Assembly (NCBI GenBank): GCA_963752505.1
Contig: CAVVYM010000004.1
Location: forward strand, 177,278 to 241,277
Direction of reading: 5' to 3'
DNA from: an uncultured Actinomycetes bacterium
GTDB lineage: Bacteria > Actinomycetota > Actinomycetes > S36-B12 > UBA10799
DNA: 64,000 nt
The position numbers and the translations under genes are program-made. Positions within the stretch are counted from its first letter, which is position 1, and each line of letters opens with the position of its first letter. Below the pieces are notes generated by a model that saw only the letters and a program-made list of their open reading frames with translations, had not been told where the DNA came from and ran no database searches. Below, piece after piece: positions 34,481 through 44,843 of the stretch.

Positions 34481-36505
34481 GTGTCGTTGGCGCTCTACCG
34501 CAAGTACCGTCCCGGTCGCTTCGCTGATGTCGTGGGCCAGGAGCAGGTCACCGGACCCTTGCTGCGGGCCCTCGGCAACGACAAGGTCCACCACGCCTAC
34601 CTCTTCTCTGGCCCGCGCGGCTGCGGCAAGACCTCCAGCGCCCGCATCCTCGCGCGAAGCCTCAACTGCGTCGAGGGGCCCACCCCGGAACCCTGCGGCG
34701 TCTGCCAGCCGTGTGTCGACCTCGCACCCAACGGTCCCGGTTCCATCGACGTGGTGGAGATCGACGCCGCCACCCACCGCTCGGTGGAGAACGCGCGGGA
34801 ACTGCGCGAGAACGCCGCCTTCGCTCCGGTCACCAGCCGATACACCGTCTACATCATCGATGAGGCCCACCAGCTGACCAAGGACGCGGGCAACGCGCTG
34901 CTGAAGCTGATCGAGGAACCCCCCGCCCACCTCCGGTTCGTATTCGCCACCACAGAGCCCGAGAAGATCCTCGGCACCATCCGATCCCGAACGCACCACT
35001 ACGCCTTCCGGCTGGTGCCGATCGGCGTGCTGCGCGGCCACCTCGCCGGGATCTGCGATTCGGAGGGGCTGGCCTGGGATCCGGCTGCCCTGACCCTCGT
35101 CGCGCGGGCGGCCGAGGGCAGCGTACGCGACGCCTTGAGCCTGCTGGGCCAACTCGTTGCCAGCGCCGGTGACGACGGCATCACCTACGCCGACGCGGTG
35201 GAACTCATCGGTGTCACCGACGCCGGCGTCCTCAACAGCGTCGTCGATGCAGTGGCCCGCTCGGATGCCGGTGCGTTGTTCACGGTGGTCGACGACGTGA
35301 TCGAAGCTGGCCAGGAGCCGCGTCGATTCACCACCGATGTGCTCGACCGCTTTCGAGACCTCATCGTCCTGCAGTCGTTGCCCGAGGCCATCGACCGCGG
35401 CGTCATCGATGTGCCCGAGGAGCAGCAGGACGACCTGCGGGCCCAAGTATCGCTGCTCTCGTCGGCGGAGTTGACGCGGGCGGCGAATCTGCTCAACGAA
35501 GGACTCTCGTCCCTGCGTGGGGCCACCGCGCCGCGGCTCACCTTGGAGATCCTCTGCGCCCGGTTGGCGCTGCCGCCAACCGGCGAGATCGACTTGGACT
35601 TGGCTGCACGCATCGACCGGCTGGAGCGGCGGGTGTCGGAACTCACCGGACTGGGTGCGGCAGCAGTTGCCTCGCCGCCGCCTCGGTCGCATCAGGAGCC
35701 CGCGGTCGCCACGCCGGCTGCGGCGGAGGCACCGCAACCGCACCGTGACTCCGGCGACGAGGGTCGGCAGGTCTCAACGACCCCTAGGCCCAAGAGCCCC
35801 CCGAGTCCCGATCCCGCGCGGCGTGCCGGGCCGCGGCGCCTGTCCGACATCGCTCCGTCGACAGCTCCCTCGGCCGAGGAACCCAGCGCGCCGAACGCTC
35901 CCGCAGCGTCGGGCGAACCCACCCCGAGGCCGACCAATGACCCGCGGACCGATGCCTCGACGGCCTCGACCGCCCCCACACTCGACTCGACGGCCTCGAC
36001 CGCCCCCACACTCGAGCAGGTGAAGGGGTTGTGGCCTGCCGTCGTGGACAACGTCAAGGCGCGCAGCAGGGTGGCTTGGATGACCATGTCGCAGTCCGTT
36101 CCGCTCTCTTGCACTGACGGCGTGGTGGTGGCCGCAGTGGCTGACGCCGGCGCCGTGAACCACTTCCGCAAGACCGCGTACCCGGCCATGGTGGCCGAGG
36201 CCATGCTCGCCGTGCTGCGCGCTAACCTCGGATTCGAACTCGTGCTGGATCCTGGGCGGGCAGCCGCCGGTTCCGCTGCATCGCAGGCATCCGCTGGCGC
36301 GGCGCAGCCCGAGTCGACGCCCGCGAATGGCGAGTCCGGCGGTGCGGGAACGCCCGATTCGACGCCGTCCGCGCCGGAGTCGGCTGTCATTGCCGAGCAG
36401 GAAGCCGAACTGGCGGAGTCGGTGGACATGGCCGCCCCGCTGCAGGGCGTGGCGCTGATTGAAGCTGCCCTTGGCGGCGAGAAGATCGCCGAATTCGAGG
36501 AGTGA
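34481..36505 (+). CDS. dnaX: DNA polymerase III subunit gamma/tau
   Basis: SLALYRKYRPGRFADVVGQEQV, Walker A GPRGCGKTS, zinc module CGVCQPC, and box VYIIDEAH. The C-terminal half is Pro/Ala/Ser-rich. Confidence 0.9.
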   Translation: MSLALYRKYRPGRFADVVGQEQVTGPLLRALGNDKVHHAYLFSGPRGCGKTSSARILARSLNCVEGPTPEPCGVCQPCVDLAPNGPGSIDVVEIDAATHRSVENARELRENAAFAPVTSRYTVYIIDEAHQLTKDAGNALLKLIEEPPAHLRFVFATTEPEKILGTIRSRTHHYAFRLVPIGVLRGHLAGICDSEGLAWDPAALTLVARAAEGSVRDALSLLGQLVASAGDDGITYADAVELIGVTDAGVLNSVVDAVARSDAGALFTVVDDVIEAGQEPRRFTTDVLDRFRDLIVLQSLPEAIDRGVIDVPEEQQDDLRAQVSLLSSAELTRAANLLNEGLSSLRGATAPRLTLEILCARLALPPTGEIDLDLAARIDRLERRVSELTGLGAAAVASPPPRSHQEPAVATPAAAEAPQPHRDSGDEGRQVSTTPRPKSPPSPDPARRAGPRRLSDIAPSTAPSAEEPSAPNAPAASGEPTPRPTNDPRTDASTASTAPTLDSTASTAPTLEQVKGLWPAVVDNVKARSRVAWMTMSQSVPLSCTDGVVVAAVADAGAVNHFRKTAYPAMVAEAMLAVLRANLGFELVLDPGRAAAGSAASQASAGAAQPESTPANGESGGAGTPDSTPSAPESAVIAEQEAELAESVDMAAPLQGVALIEAALGGEKIAEFEE

Positions 36506-36514
36506 GGCCCGCCC

Positions 36515-37108
36515 ATGTATGAAGGTGCCCTGCAGGATCTGATCGAAGAGCTGGGCCGGCTGCCAGGAATCGGACCGAAGAGCGCACAGCGCATCGCCTT
36601 CCACCTGTTGGCAGCCGACCCGGCCGATGTCGAACGGTTGGCCTCGGCGATGACCGAGGTGACGCGCACAGTCAAGTTCTGCTCGGTGTGCGGCAATGTG
36701 AGCTCGCAGGACATCTGCCGCATCTGCACCGACGACCGACGCGACGCCAGCGTCATCTGCGTGGTGGAGGAGCCGAAGGACGTCGTGGCCATTGAGCGCA
36801 CCCGCGAGTATCGCGGTCGCTACCACGTACTCGGCGGCGCCATCAGTCCGATCGACGGCGTGGGCCCCGACGACTTGCGGATTGCGAGCCTGTTGACGCG
36901 ACTCTCCGACAACACCGTCAATGAGGTCATCATCGCGACCGACCCCAACCTCGAGGGGGAGGCGACCGCAGCCTACCTGGCCAGGATGGTGAACCCGCTG
37001 GGCATCACTGTCACGCGGTTGGCCTCGGGACTGCCGGTGGGCGGCGATCTCGAATACGCCGACGAAGTCACCCTGGGCCGCGCCTTTGTGGGCAGGCGCG
37101 CGTTGTAG
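36515..37108 (+). CDS. recR: recombination protein RecR
   Basis: [32 protein letters not shown], a C4 zinc finger CSVCGN....CRIC, and a Toprim region. Confidence 0.95.
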   Translation: MYEGALQDLIEELGRLPGIGPKSAQRIAFHLLAADPADVERLASAMTEVTRTVKFCSVCGNVSSQDICRICTDDRRDASVICVVEEPKDVVAIERTREYRGRYHVLGGAISPIDGVGPDDLRIASLLTRLSDNTVNEVIIATDPNLEGEATAAYLARMVNPLGITVTRLASGLPVGGDLEYADEVTLGRAFVGRRAL

Positions 37109-37193
37109 GACGGGCTCACGCCCTCCGTTAGACTTGGCCCCGGTACCTTGCCCCAGCCCGAGTCACTTTTACTTCCCTACCCCGGAGCGTTTC

Positions 37194-38471
37194 GTGTCCC
37201 TCGTTGTGCAGAAGTACGGCGGATCTTCCGTCTCCGATGCTGAGAGCATCAAGCGGGTTGCTAGTCGAATTGTCGGCACCAAGCAGTCCGGCGTCGAGGT
37301 GGCAGTTGTGGTCTCGGCTATGGGGGACACCACGGACGACCTGCTTGATCTCGCCCAACAGGTTTCGCCCAGACCTGCGGGCCGCGAAATGGACATGCTG
37401 CTGACCGCCGGTGAGCGGATCTCCATGGCCCTGCTCGCGATGGCGATCCACGATCAAGGCGAAGAGGCGAGGTCCTATACCGGTTCGCAGGCCGGCATGT
37501 TGACGACGTCGTCGCACGGCAGGGCCCAGATCATCGATGTCACCCCCGGTCGTCTGCGCACCGCACTTGACGAGGACGCAATCCCGGTACTGGCCGGGTT
37601 CCAGGGCGTATCCCCCGACACCAAGGACGTCACCACGCTCGGCCGAGGCGGTTCCGACACCACGGCGGTGGCGCTCGCCGCCGCCCTCGGTGCTGACGTG
37701 TGCGAGATCTACACCGATGTCGATGGCGTCTTCACCTCTGATCCGCGTTCCGTGCCCAACGCGAAGAAACTCACCGCGGTGACCTACGAGGAGATGCTGG
37801 AGCTCGCTGCCGCCGGCGCGAAAGTCCTCCACATCCGTTGCGTTGAGTACGCACGCCGACAGAACCTTCCCATTCATGTCCGATCATCCTTCAGCGACCG
37901 CGAAGGCACCTGGGTGCTCTCGTCGGAGGCTGTTGCAGAACTCGTCGAGAGGGGCGAGATGGAAGAGCCCATCATTTCCGGGGTCGCACACGACCTGACC
38001 GAAGCGAAGTTGACCGTGGTCGGGGTCCCTGACCGGCCTGGCGAGGCTGCCGAGATCTTCGAGGTGGTATCCAGCGTCGGTGCCAACATCGACATGATCG
38101 TGCAGAACGTGTCCACGGATGGCCGAACTGACATCACGTTGACCCTCAACGGTTCCGACGCGGATGCAGCCATCGCCGCTCTGCGCGAGGCGCAGACGAA
38201 GATCGGTTTCACCGACATCCTGTTCGACTCCGGCATCGCGAAGGTCTCGCTGGTCGGCGCCGGGATGCGTCGGCATCCGGGAGTCTCGGCGACGTTTTTC
38301 CGGGCACTTGCTGAGGCCGGCGTCAACGTGGAGATGATCTCCACGTCCGAGATCCGAATCTCCGTGGTGTGCCGCACCGAGGACGCCGCGCGCGCCACGG
38401 CTGCGCTGCACACGGCATTCGGGCTTGACAGTGACGAGACCGCTGTTGTCTACGCAGGGACCGGCCGATGA
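37194..38471 (+). CDS. ask: aspartate kinase (alpha subunit; in-frame beta subunit start likely at 37959)
   Basis: [27 protein letters not shown], and two C-terminal ACT domains. GTG start at 37194. Confidence 0.9.
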   Translation: MSLVVQKYGGSSVSDAESIKRVASRIVGTKQSGVEVAVVVSAMGDTTDDLLDLAQQVSPRPAGREMDMLLTAGERISMALLAMAIHDQGEEARSYTGSQAGMLTTSSHGRAQIIDVTPGRLRTALDEDAIPVLAGFQGVSPDTKDVTTLGRGGSDTTAVALAAALGADVCEIYTDVDGVFTSDPRSVPNAKKLTAVTYEEMLELAAAGAKVLHIRCVEYARRQNLPIHVRSSFSDREGTWVLSSEAVAELVERGEMEEPIISGVAHDLTEAKLTVVGVPDRPGEAAEIFEVVSSVGANIDMIVQNVSTDGRTDITLTLNGSDADAAIAALREAQTKIGFTDILFDSGIAKVSLVGAGMRRHPGVSATFFRALAEAGVNVEMISTSEIRISVVCRTEDAARATAALHTAFGLDSDETAVVYAGTGR

Positions 38472-39547
38472 CCGAGAAGCAGAACAACTCCAAAGCCGCC
38501 AAGCCCACCCTCGCGGTGGTGGGTGCGACCGGCGCCGTCGGCAGCGTGATGCTCGACCTGCTGAGCACCCGGGACGACGTGTGGGGCGAGATTCGCTTGA
38601 TCGCCTCGCCCAGGTCGGCGGGCAAAGTGCTCCGGGTCCGCGGCGAGGACATCGAGGTTCTCGCCCTTGCACCCGAGGTGTTCGATGGCGTCGACGTCGC
38701 CATGTTCGACGTGCCCGACGAGGTCAGCGCCGAGTGGGCACCCATCGCTGCCGCGCGCGGTGCCGTCGCGGTCGACAACTCAGGTGCCTTCCGGATGGAC
38801 GACGATGTGCCCCTCGTGGTGCCCGAGGTGAATCCGGAGTCGGCCGCCGATCGGCCCCGGGGAATCATCTCGAACCCCAACTGCACCACGCTGTCGATGA
38901 TCGTCGCCCTTGGCGCGCTACACCGCACCTACGGCCTGGAGAGCCTGGTCGTGGCCTCCTACCAAGCTGCCTCGGGTGCCGGTCAAGCCGGCATCGACAC
39001 CCTGCGGGAGCAGACCGCGGCAGTGGCGGGCACCGACGCTGGCACTCGCGCTGGCGACGTTCGCGCCACCGTGGGCGACTACGGCCCCTTCCCCGCGCCC
39101 CTGGTGCTCAATGTCGTGCCGTGGGCCGGATCGCTCAAGGAGGCTGGCTACTCCTCCGAGGAGCTCAAGGTGCGCAACGAGACCAGAAAGATCCTGGATC
39201 TGCCGGATCTGCCGGTCTTCGCCACGTGCGTGCGGGTGCCGGTGGTTACCACCCACTCGCTGGCGATTCATGCCCGATTCGCCACGGAGGTGGACGCCGA
39301 CCACGCGCGGGACGTGCTCACCCAGTCCCCTTCGGTGGTCGTCGTGGACGACCCGGTGGCGGGCGAGTACCCCACACCGGCAGATGCGGTGGGCACGGAC
39401 CCGACCCATGTGGGCCGCATCCGCAAGTCGTTGGACGATCCCTGCGCGCTCGACCTTTTCTTGTGCGGTGACAACCTGCGCAAGGGCGCTGCTCTGAACA
39501 CCGCGCAGATCGCCGAACTGCTGGCTGCAGAGTTCGCGTCTGGCTGA
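38468..39547 (+). CDS. asd: aspartate-semialdehyde dehydrogenase
   Basis: [11 protein letters not shown], active site NPNCTT, and SYQAASGAG. The ATGA start overlaps the ask stop. Confidence 0.9.
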   Translation: MTEKQNNSKAAKPTLAVVGATGAVGSVMLDLLSTRDDVWGEIRLIASPRSAGKVLRVRGEDIEVLALAPEVFDGVDVAMFDVPDEVSAEWAPIAAARGAVAVDNSGAFRMDDDVPLVVPEVNPESAADRPRGIISNPNCTTLSMIVALGALHRTYGLESLVVASYQAASGAGQAGIDTLREQTAAVAGTDAGTRAGDVRATVGDYGPFPAPLVLNVVPWAGSLKEAGYSSEELKVRNETRKILDLPDLPVFATCVRVPVVTTHSLAIHARFATEVDADHARDVLTQSPSVVVVDDPVAGEYPTPADAVGTDPTHVGRIRKSLDDPCALDLFLCGDNLRKGAALNTAQIAELLAAEFASG

Positions 39548-39634
39548 CCCAGCCCGGCATCTGCCGGGTTGGGCCGACAGGCTAGGATGGGTAAGTTGTC
39601 AAGCGCGGTCAGTTGAAACTGGCCGCGCTTGTGA

Positions 39635-39711
<77 letters not shown>

Positions 39712-39779
39712 GATCGGCATGCAGAGGACCAGCCACCTGGGCAGTCGGCAAAGGACGGGGAAGCCGCCGATCACCGGAG

Positions 39780-40673
39780 TCATTTTGGCGGAACGAGGTG
39801 CACCACCGTCGCAGTGGGCCGGCAGGCGAGGCGAATCGGTGCATTCGGATTGGTGCCCAAGCCGGCGGAAACGTGCAGCCAGGCCCTGCCATGCCGCGAC
39901 AGGCCGCTGACCCGCGCAGTGTCGAGGTCGCAGTTCGTGACGAGGGCACCGTAACCGGGCACGCAGATCTGACCGCCATGTGTGTGACCGGCGAGGACAA
40001 GGTCAGCACCGTCGTCGTCGAGGGCGTCGAGCACCCGCAGGTAGGGCGCGTGGGTCACCCCGATGCGCAGATCCGCGGGTGGCCACTCGCCGCCGACCCG
40101 GCGGTAGCGATCGCGTCGGATGTGGGGATCGTCGACCCCGCGAAAAGCGACCTGCAGTGCGCCGACGGCCGCTGTAGCCGCCGCATTGTTGAGGTCGAGC
40201 CAACCCAGCGATGTCAGAAAGGCTCGCAAGTCCGCTGTCGGCAGGTCGGGTCGGCGTTGTCGGGAATGCCGACTCGGGCCGCGCAGGTAGCCCGCGGGAT
40301 TGACCTTGCGGGCTGCGAAGTAGTCGTTGGAGCCGAAGACGAACGCACCCGGCGGCCCGGCGAGGGCACCGACGGCCCGCTCGACCAGGGGAAGTCCATC
40401 GGCCGCAGAGAGGAAGTCTCCCGTGGCAACCACCAGATCAGGCTCGGTCGACGCGAGCGCCGCGACCCAGTCGGCGCGGTCCGTGTCGCGGCTCGTGAGA
40501 TGGAGGTCGGAGATGTGGAGCAGTCTGATGGGAGCCGCCCCGGCCGCCAACACGGGAGCAGTGACCTCGCGGAGGGTGTATCGCTTGGCCTCCCACAACG
40601 AGTAGGCCACCGTTCCTGCGCCGCCGGCGGCCATCAGACCGACGGCAGCACCGGCAATCATTGCGGGTCTCAC
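39780..40673 (-). CDS. membrane-anchored metallophosphoesterase (YkuE-like)
   Basis: N-terminal TM segment, then [18 protein letters not shown] and GHTHGGQI motifs. Confidence 0.75.
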   Translation of the reverse strand: MRPAMIAGAAVGLMAAGGAGTVAYSLWEAKRYTLREVTAPVLAAGAAPIRLLHISDLHLTSRDTDRADWVAALASTEPDLVVATGDFLSAADGLPLVERAVGALAGPPGAFVFGSNDYFAARKVNPAGYLRGPSRHSRQRRPDLPTADLRAFLTSLGWLDLNNAAATAAVGALQVAFRGVDDPHIRRDRYRRVGGEWPPADLRIGVTHAPYLRVLDALDDDGADLVLAGHTHGGQICVPGYGALVTNCDLDTARVSGLSRHGRAWLHVSAGLGTNPNAPIRLACRPTATVVHLVPPK

Positions 40674-40715
40674 GGTTGGCCCCCGGAAGGTACGGCTACA
40701 GGTTGGCGTACCAAC

Positions 40716-42980
40716 CTACCGCGAGTTGGAGTTGTTCTGCGTGGACGAGCCTTCGTCGAGGAACTGCTGCGGGGCGTTGGCCGAGTTCGGGTCGTCACCC
40801 GACACGTAGCGCATCGGCCGCGGGTCGGGTCCGTGCGGGCTGGTGTCGATTCCGCTGGCCTTGATCTGCGCCTCGATCTGCGACGATCGCGAGGGGTTCG
40901 GGCCACCGCCGGACTGTGCGCTCACCAGGCCGTACTTCGCATCGAGGTCGAAGTACGAGTAGGGGGTGCCGGAGAGGGCGCCCTGCATGGCTTGCCGCCA
41001 GATCGGTCCCGGCAGTTCACCACCGTAGACCTCGCTGTAGAACTGACCGTTGATCACGACGTCCTGCATCGGGTACTGGAAGCCACCGCGGGGATCGCCC
41101 ACCCACACTGCTGCAGCCAGGTCAGGGGTGTAACCGGCGTACCAAACCGCCGAGTTTGAGTCGGATGTTCCGGTCTTGCCGGTGGTCTCACGCCCCAGCG
41201 CCATGTTCACACCGGTGCGGCCGCTGATGGAGCCATCCACGACGTTGGTGAGAACTGCGGTGGTGGCGTCGGCGACGTCGCGCGGGATGCGCTCCTCGCA
41301 CTGGGCCTCCGTGGTCGTTTCGTTGCCGTAGCGGTCGACAACGGACAGGATCGCGCGTGGTGTGCAGTAGACACCGTGGTTTGCGAAGGTGGCGTAGGCA
41401 TTCGCCACTACGAGCGGTGACACCTCCGTGACGCCGAGGGTGAAGGTGATAGTGGGCGGGATCTCGACGTCGATGGCCGATTCGACGCCCGCGCGCTGGG
41501 CCATGTCCACCACGTTGCAGATTCCGGCATCGCGTTCGCGTTGCAGGAACCAGGTGTTGGACGACAGCGCCGCTGCCGTGAACATGTCGTAGTTGCCGCC
41601 GTAGTCGTTGGCGTTCCTACCCACGAAGCTCTCGAATTGTTCGCCGCCGCATCCCCAGTCGCCGGCGGGGTAGAACATCTGCGACTTGGCATCCACCCGC
41701 TCGTAGGGATTCAGCCCCTGCTCGATTGCCGAGGCGATGGTGAAGATCTTGAACGTCGAGCCGGCCTGCATGCCGATCGTGCCGCCCTCGGACTGGTCCA
41801 CGGCGTAGTTGTAGGTCGTCTGCCCGGGCCCGTCACCCCACGTGCGGTTTTGCGACATCGCGATGACCTCGCCCGTACCGGGCTCCACCATGGCGATGGC
41901 TGCTGCCTTGCCGGAGGGATCTTCGGCGGGGATGTAGCTGAAGACGGCGTCCTGCGCCGAGTACTGGGCATCCAGATCGAGGGTGGTAGTGATGGTGAGC
42001 CCACCGGTCTTGATCAGTTCGGCTCGATCCTCTGGCGTCTCCCCGAATCTGGGGTCGGTCTGGACCTGCCGGACCGCGTAGTCGCAAAAGTACGGAAACT
42101 CGCTGGCAGCACAGCCGTTCACCGGCTCGCTCGGGTTCAGCATGCTCGGCACACCCTGGGCCTTGGCCGCGGCGTGTTCCTCCGGGGAGATGTAGCGCAG
42201 TTCGAGCATGCGGTCGAGCACGATGTCGCGGCGCACCTGCGCTGCGAGTGGGTCGGTCGTCGGGTCGTAGACGGTGGGGGACTGCACGAGCCCCGCGAGC
42301 AGCGCCGCCTCGGAGATCGACAACTCACTGGCCGGCTTCGAGAAGTAGCGCAGCGCAGCGGCTTCGGCGCCGTAGGCACCCGCCCCGAAGTAGCTGATAT
42401 TGAGGTAGTTGTTAAGGATCTCCGGCTTGGAGAGTTCCTTCTCAACCTCAATGGCGTAGCGCATCTCCTGCAGTTTGCGGCTGGGCGAAACTGCCGTGGC
42501 GGCCGCGGCTTCCTCCGGCGTCTCCGCCGTTGTGACGAGCACGTTCTTGACGTACTGCATGGTGATGGTTGAGGCGCCCTGCACCTCTTCGCCGGCGGCG
42601 TTGTTCGCCAACGCGCGGGCCGTGCCGCGCAGGTCAACTCCGTTGTGCTCAAAGAACCGGCTGTCCTCGATCGCCACGATGGCGTGCTGCAGGTTGGTGG
42701 AGATCGCCTCGAGCGGCACCTCGACCCGGTTCTCGGAGAAGATAGTCGCGAGCTCAGTGCCATCCGACGCGGTGACCACCGACTTGCGGGGCAGCGGGGG
42801 GGTGGTGAATTCGGTGGGCAGTCCCCCATAGACCTCAACCGCAGCTTGCGCGCCGCCACCGATGGCGCCCGCGGCTGGCAAGGCCATTCCCGCCACCACA
42901 ACGCCAGCAGCCACGCTGACGGCAACGAACATGCTTCCAGCGATGACTTTGGTGCGGGTGGAAGTAGGGGGCTTAGGCAT
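40716..42980 (-). CDS. class A penicillin-binding protein (glycosyltransferase + transpeptidase)
   Basis: GT51 motifs IEDSRFFEHNGVD and GASTITMQ. Transpeptidase motif SxxK (GSTFKIF). N-terminal TM anchor. Its position next to whiB matches ponA2 of M. tuberculosis. Confidence 0.85.
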   Translation of the reverse strand: MPKPPTSTRTKVIAGSMFVAVSVAAGVVVAGMALPAAGAIGGGAQAAVEVYGGLPTEFTTPPLPRKSVVTASDGTELATIFSENRVEVPLEAISTNLQHAIVAIEDSRFFEHNGVDLRGTARALANNAAGEEVQGASTITMQYVKNVLVTTAETPEEAAAATAVSPSRKLQEMRYAIEVEKELSKPEILNNYLNISYFGAGAYGAEAAALRYFSKPASELSISEAALLAGLVQSPTVYDPTTDPLAAQVRRDIVLDRMLELRYISPEEHAAAKAQGVPSMLNPSEPVNGCAASEFPYFCDYAVRQVQTDPRFGETPEDRAELIKTGGLTITTTLDLDAQYSAQDAVFSYIPAEDPSGKAAAIAMVEPGTGEVIAMSQNRTWGDGPGQTTYNYAVDQSEGGTIGMQAGSTFKIFTIASAIEQGLNPYERVDAKSQMFYPAGDWGCGGEQFESFVGRNANDYGGNYDMFTAAALSSNTWFLQRERDAGICNVVDMAQRAGVESAIDVEIPPTITFTLGVTEVSPLVVANAYATFANHGVYCTPRAILSVVDRYGNETTTEAQCEERIPRDVADATTAVLTNVVDGSISGRTGVNMALGRETTGKTGTSDSNSAVWYAGYTPDLAAAVWVGDPRGGFQYPMQDVVINGQFYSEVYGGELPGPIWRQAMQGALSGTPYSYFDLDAKYGLVSAQSGGGPNPSRSSQIEAQIKASGIDTSPHGPDPRPMRYVSGDDPNSANAPQQFLDEGSSTQNNSNSR

Positions 42981-43149
42981 ACATCTTCCCTGAGTCGGAC
43001 ACGAACGTGTGACGCAAGACTAAGCCTTTCGGTTTCGTTTCCCCCGGAGGTGGTTGTGGCGCGTGCCGCAGACCACATCCACCGCCAGGTTGCCTGCGAG
43101 GAACAGATGAGACGCAACAGAAGGGTGTTTCCGACTCACGAAAATGCAT

Positions 43150-43195
43150 GTGTCACATCAATTGGCTATTAAGTGTCATAGGAAGTGGCTATAAA
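43150..43195. repeat. 2 x 23-bp imperfect tandem repeat in the AT-richer whiB upstream region
   Basis: GTGTCACATCAATTGGCTATTAA (43150-43172) versus GTGTCATAGGAAGTGGCTATAAA (43173-43195), 17/23 identical. It overlaps the palindrome ATGTG-T-CACAT (43148-43158). Confidence 0.6.
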
Positions 43196-43308
43196 TAGCC
43201 TACTCAGCAGGCCCAGTCGCCCCTAGGTTCGCACCCAGTGTCCGCACCAACGGTGTATAGGACGTCGATATTCCCCGTCGGCGCCACCGCAATGCGGAAG
43301 TACGGAGG

Positions 43309-43650
43309 ATGCCCGTGCCTTGGGTGACTGATTGGATTTCGCAGGCTGCCTGTCGAGAGCAGGATCCCGACGCTCTGTTCGTCCAGGGCGCCGCCCAGAA
43401 CCGGGCCAAGGTCGTGTGCGGTGGCTGCCCGGTGCGCGTGGAGTGCCTCGCGGACGCCCTCGACAACCGCACCGAGTTCGGCGTCTGGGGAGGCATGACC
43501 GAGCGCGAGCGTCGGGCCCTGTTGCGCCGTCGGCCGGAAGTGACGTCGTGGGCGAACCTGCTGGCCTCGGCTCGCGAGCAGTACGCACGCAGCCGCGAAG
43601 AAGCCGAGCAGCCGCAGACGCTGCCCTCCCGCGGTCGCATTAGCGCGTAG
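43309..43650 (+). CDS. whiB: WhiB family (Wbl) iron-sulfur transcriptional regulator
   Basis: Four Cys (C-x22-C-x2-C-x5-C: AACREQ...VCGGCPVRVEC) and the GVWGG turn. GTG at 43315 has better spacing from GGAGG than ATG at 43309. Confidence 0.85.
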   Translation: MPVPWVTDWISQAACREQDPDALFVQGAAQNRAKVVCGGCPVRVECLADALDNRTEFGVWGGMTERERRALLRRRPEVTSWANLLASAREQYARSREEAEQPQTLPSRGRISA

Positions 43651-43682
43651 CGGCGGGCAGGGTCCGTCAGCGCCGGTCCGGC

Positions 43683-44843
43683 TCAGGCTCCGGCCGCATC
43701 ACCGATTGCGCGCAACCCGGCGAGGTCGTGAACGTCATCTCCAAAGGCTGGTATCGGCACCACCGGCACGCCCGGGTGGGCCGCCACGAAACTCTCCGTC
43801 ACGTGGTGCTGCCGGCGGGCGGCGCGCATCCGGTCAGCGTGGAGGTGCAGCAAACCGCGCGTCACTGGGTCCTCGTCGACGTCCGCCAGGATCTCCGCCC
43901 CCGCCTCGGCGGCTTCCACCGTGAGGTCGGGTGCGAGAACCGGCACCACGCGGTTGAGCACGAGGCCGGCCAGCGGCATGTTCTCGGTCTCCAGGCGTTC
44001 GACAAAGTAACTCGCCTCGCGCAGCGCGTCTTGTTCCGGGCTCGCCACGACCACGAATCGGGTGTCGGGTGCCTTCAACTGCTCGTAAGTCGCCTCCGCT
44101 CGCTCCCTGAAGCCTCCGAATAGCGCGTCGAAGCTGGCAACGAAGACCTGGAGGTCGGTCAGCACCTGGGCGCCGATGACCTTTGCCAACACGTTGGTGA
44201 ATACGCCGAACGATGCCGACACCACGCGACTGGTCAACCTGCCCGCGCCGCGGGCGGGCGCGGCCAGAATCCGAATCAATCTTCCGTCAAGGAACGAACC
44301 GAGCCGCTTCGGTGCGTCGAGGAAGTCCAGGGCCGAGCGCGAGGGTGGAGTGTCCACCACGATGAGGTCCCACCGCTGGTCAATGTCTGCCTCGGCGCGC
44401 AGTTGGCCCAGCTTCTCCATGGCCATGTATTCCTGCGTGCCGGCGAAGGAGGACGACAGCGCTTGGTAGAAGGGGTTCTCCAGGATCGACTGGGCGCGCT
44501 CGGCGTCGGAGTGCGCGATCACGATCTCGTCGAAGGTGCGCTTCATGTCGAGCATCATCGCCGCGAGGGACCCTGGGCCAACGTCCACGATCGGTCTTGG
44601 GGTGTTGTCGAGTTCCGTGAGGCCCATCGACTGGGCCAGCCGGCGCGCGGGGTCGATGGTGAGGACGCACACGTTGCGTCCCTGCTCGGCGGCTCGCAGC
44701 GCCAGCGCTGCGGCGGTAGTGGTCTTGCCCACCCCGCCGGAGCCGCAGCAGACGATCACCCGCACACCGGGATCCCCGATCAAGGCGTCCACGTCGAGGT
44801 GGGGAGCGTCGGGTGCGATGGCAGTCGTGGCCTGTGCGGTCAT
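43683..44843 (-). CDS. ArsA/Get3-like ATPase
   Basis: MTAQATT... with deviant Walker A CCGSGGVGKTTTAAALA. The ATGA start overlaps the upstream paralog. Positional equivalent of Rv3679/Rv3680. Confidence 0.8.
   Translation of the reverse strand: MTAQATTAIAPDAPHLDVDALIGDPGVRVIVCCGSGGVGKTTTAAALALRAAEQGRNVCVLTIDPARRLAQSMGLTELDNTPRPIVDVGPGSLAAMMLDMKRTFDEIVIAHSDAERAQSILENPFYQALSSSFAGTQEYMAMEKLGQLRAEADIDQRWDLIVVDTPPSRSALDFLDAPKRLGSFLDGRLIRILAAPARGAGRLTSRVVSASFGVFTNVLAKVIGAQVLTDLQVFVASFDALFGGFRERAEATYEQLKAPDTRFVVVASPEQDALREASYFVERLETENMPLAGLVLNRVVPVLAPDLTVEAAEAGAEILADVDEDPVTRGLLHLHADRMRAARRQHHVTESFVAAHPGVPVVPIPAFGDDVHDLAGLRAIGDAAGA

Noticed and set aside
36506-36514. Absence of a ybaB/ebfC gene between dnaX and recR (present in mycobacteria).
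   Set aside because: The 9-bp dnaX-recR junction is clean with no remnant. This is most likely a lineage-specific gene order rather than a deletion scar.
39548-39634. Two hairpins between asd and tRNA-Pro (CCCAGCCCGG...CCGGGTTGGG and AAGCGCGGTCAG-TTGAAA-CTGGCCGCGCTT) as a possible ncRNA.
   Set aside because: They are most simply an asd terminator (without a U tract) and a structure or promoter context for the tRNA. The region is too short and unsupported to call as an RNA gene.
43148-43158. CRP/GlxR binding site upstream of whiB (the TGTG..CACA halves).
   Set aside because: The halves are separated by 1 nt, not the 6 nt of TGTGA-N6-TCACA, so it does not fit the Crp consensus. It is kept only as an unassigned palindrome.
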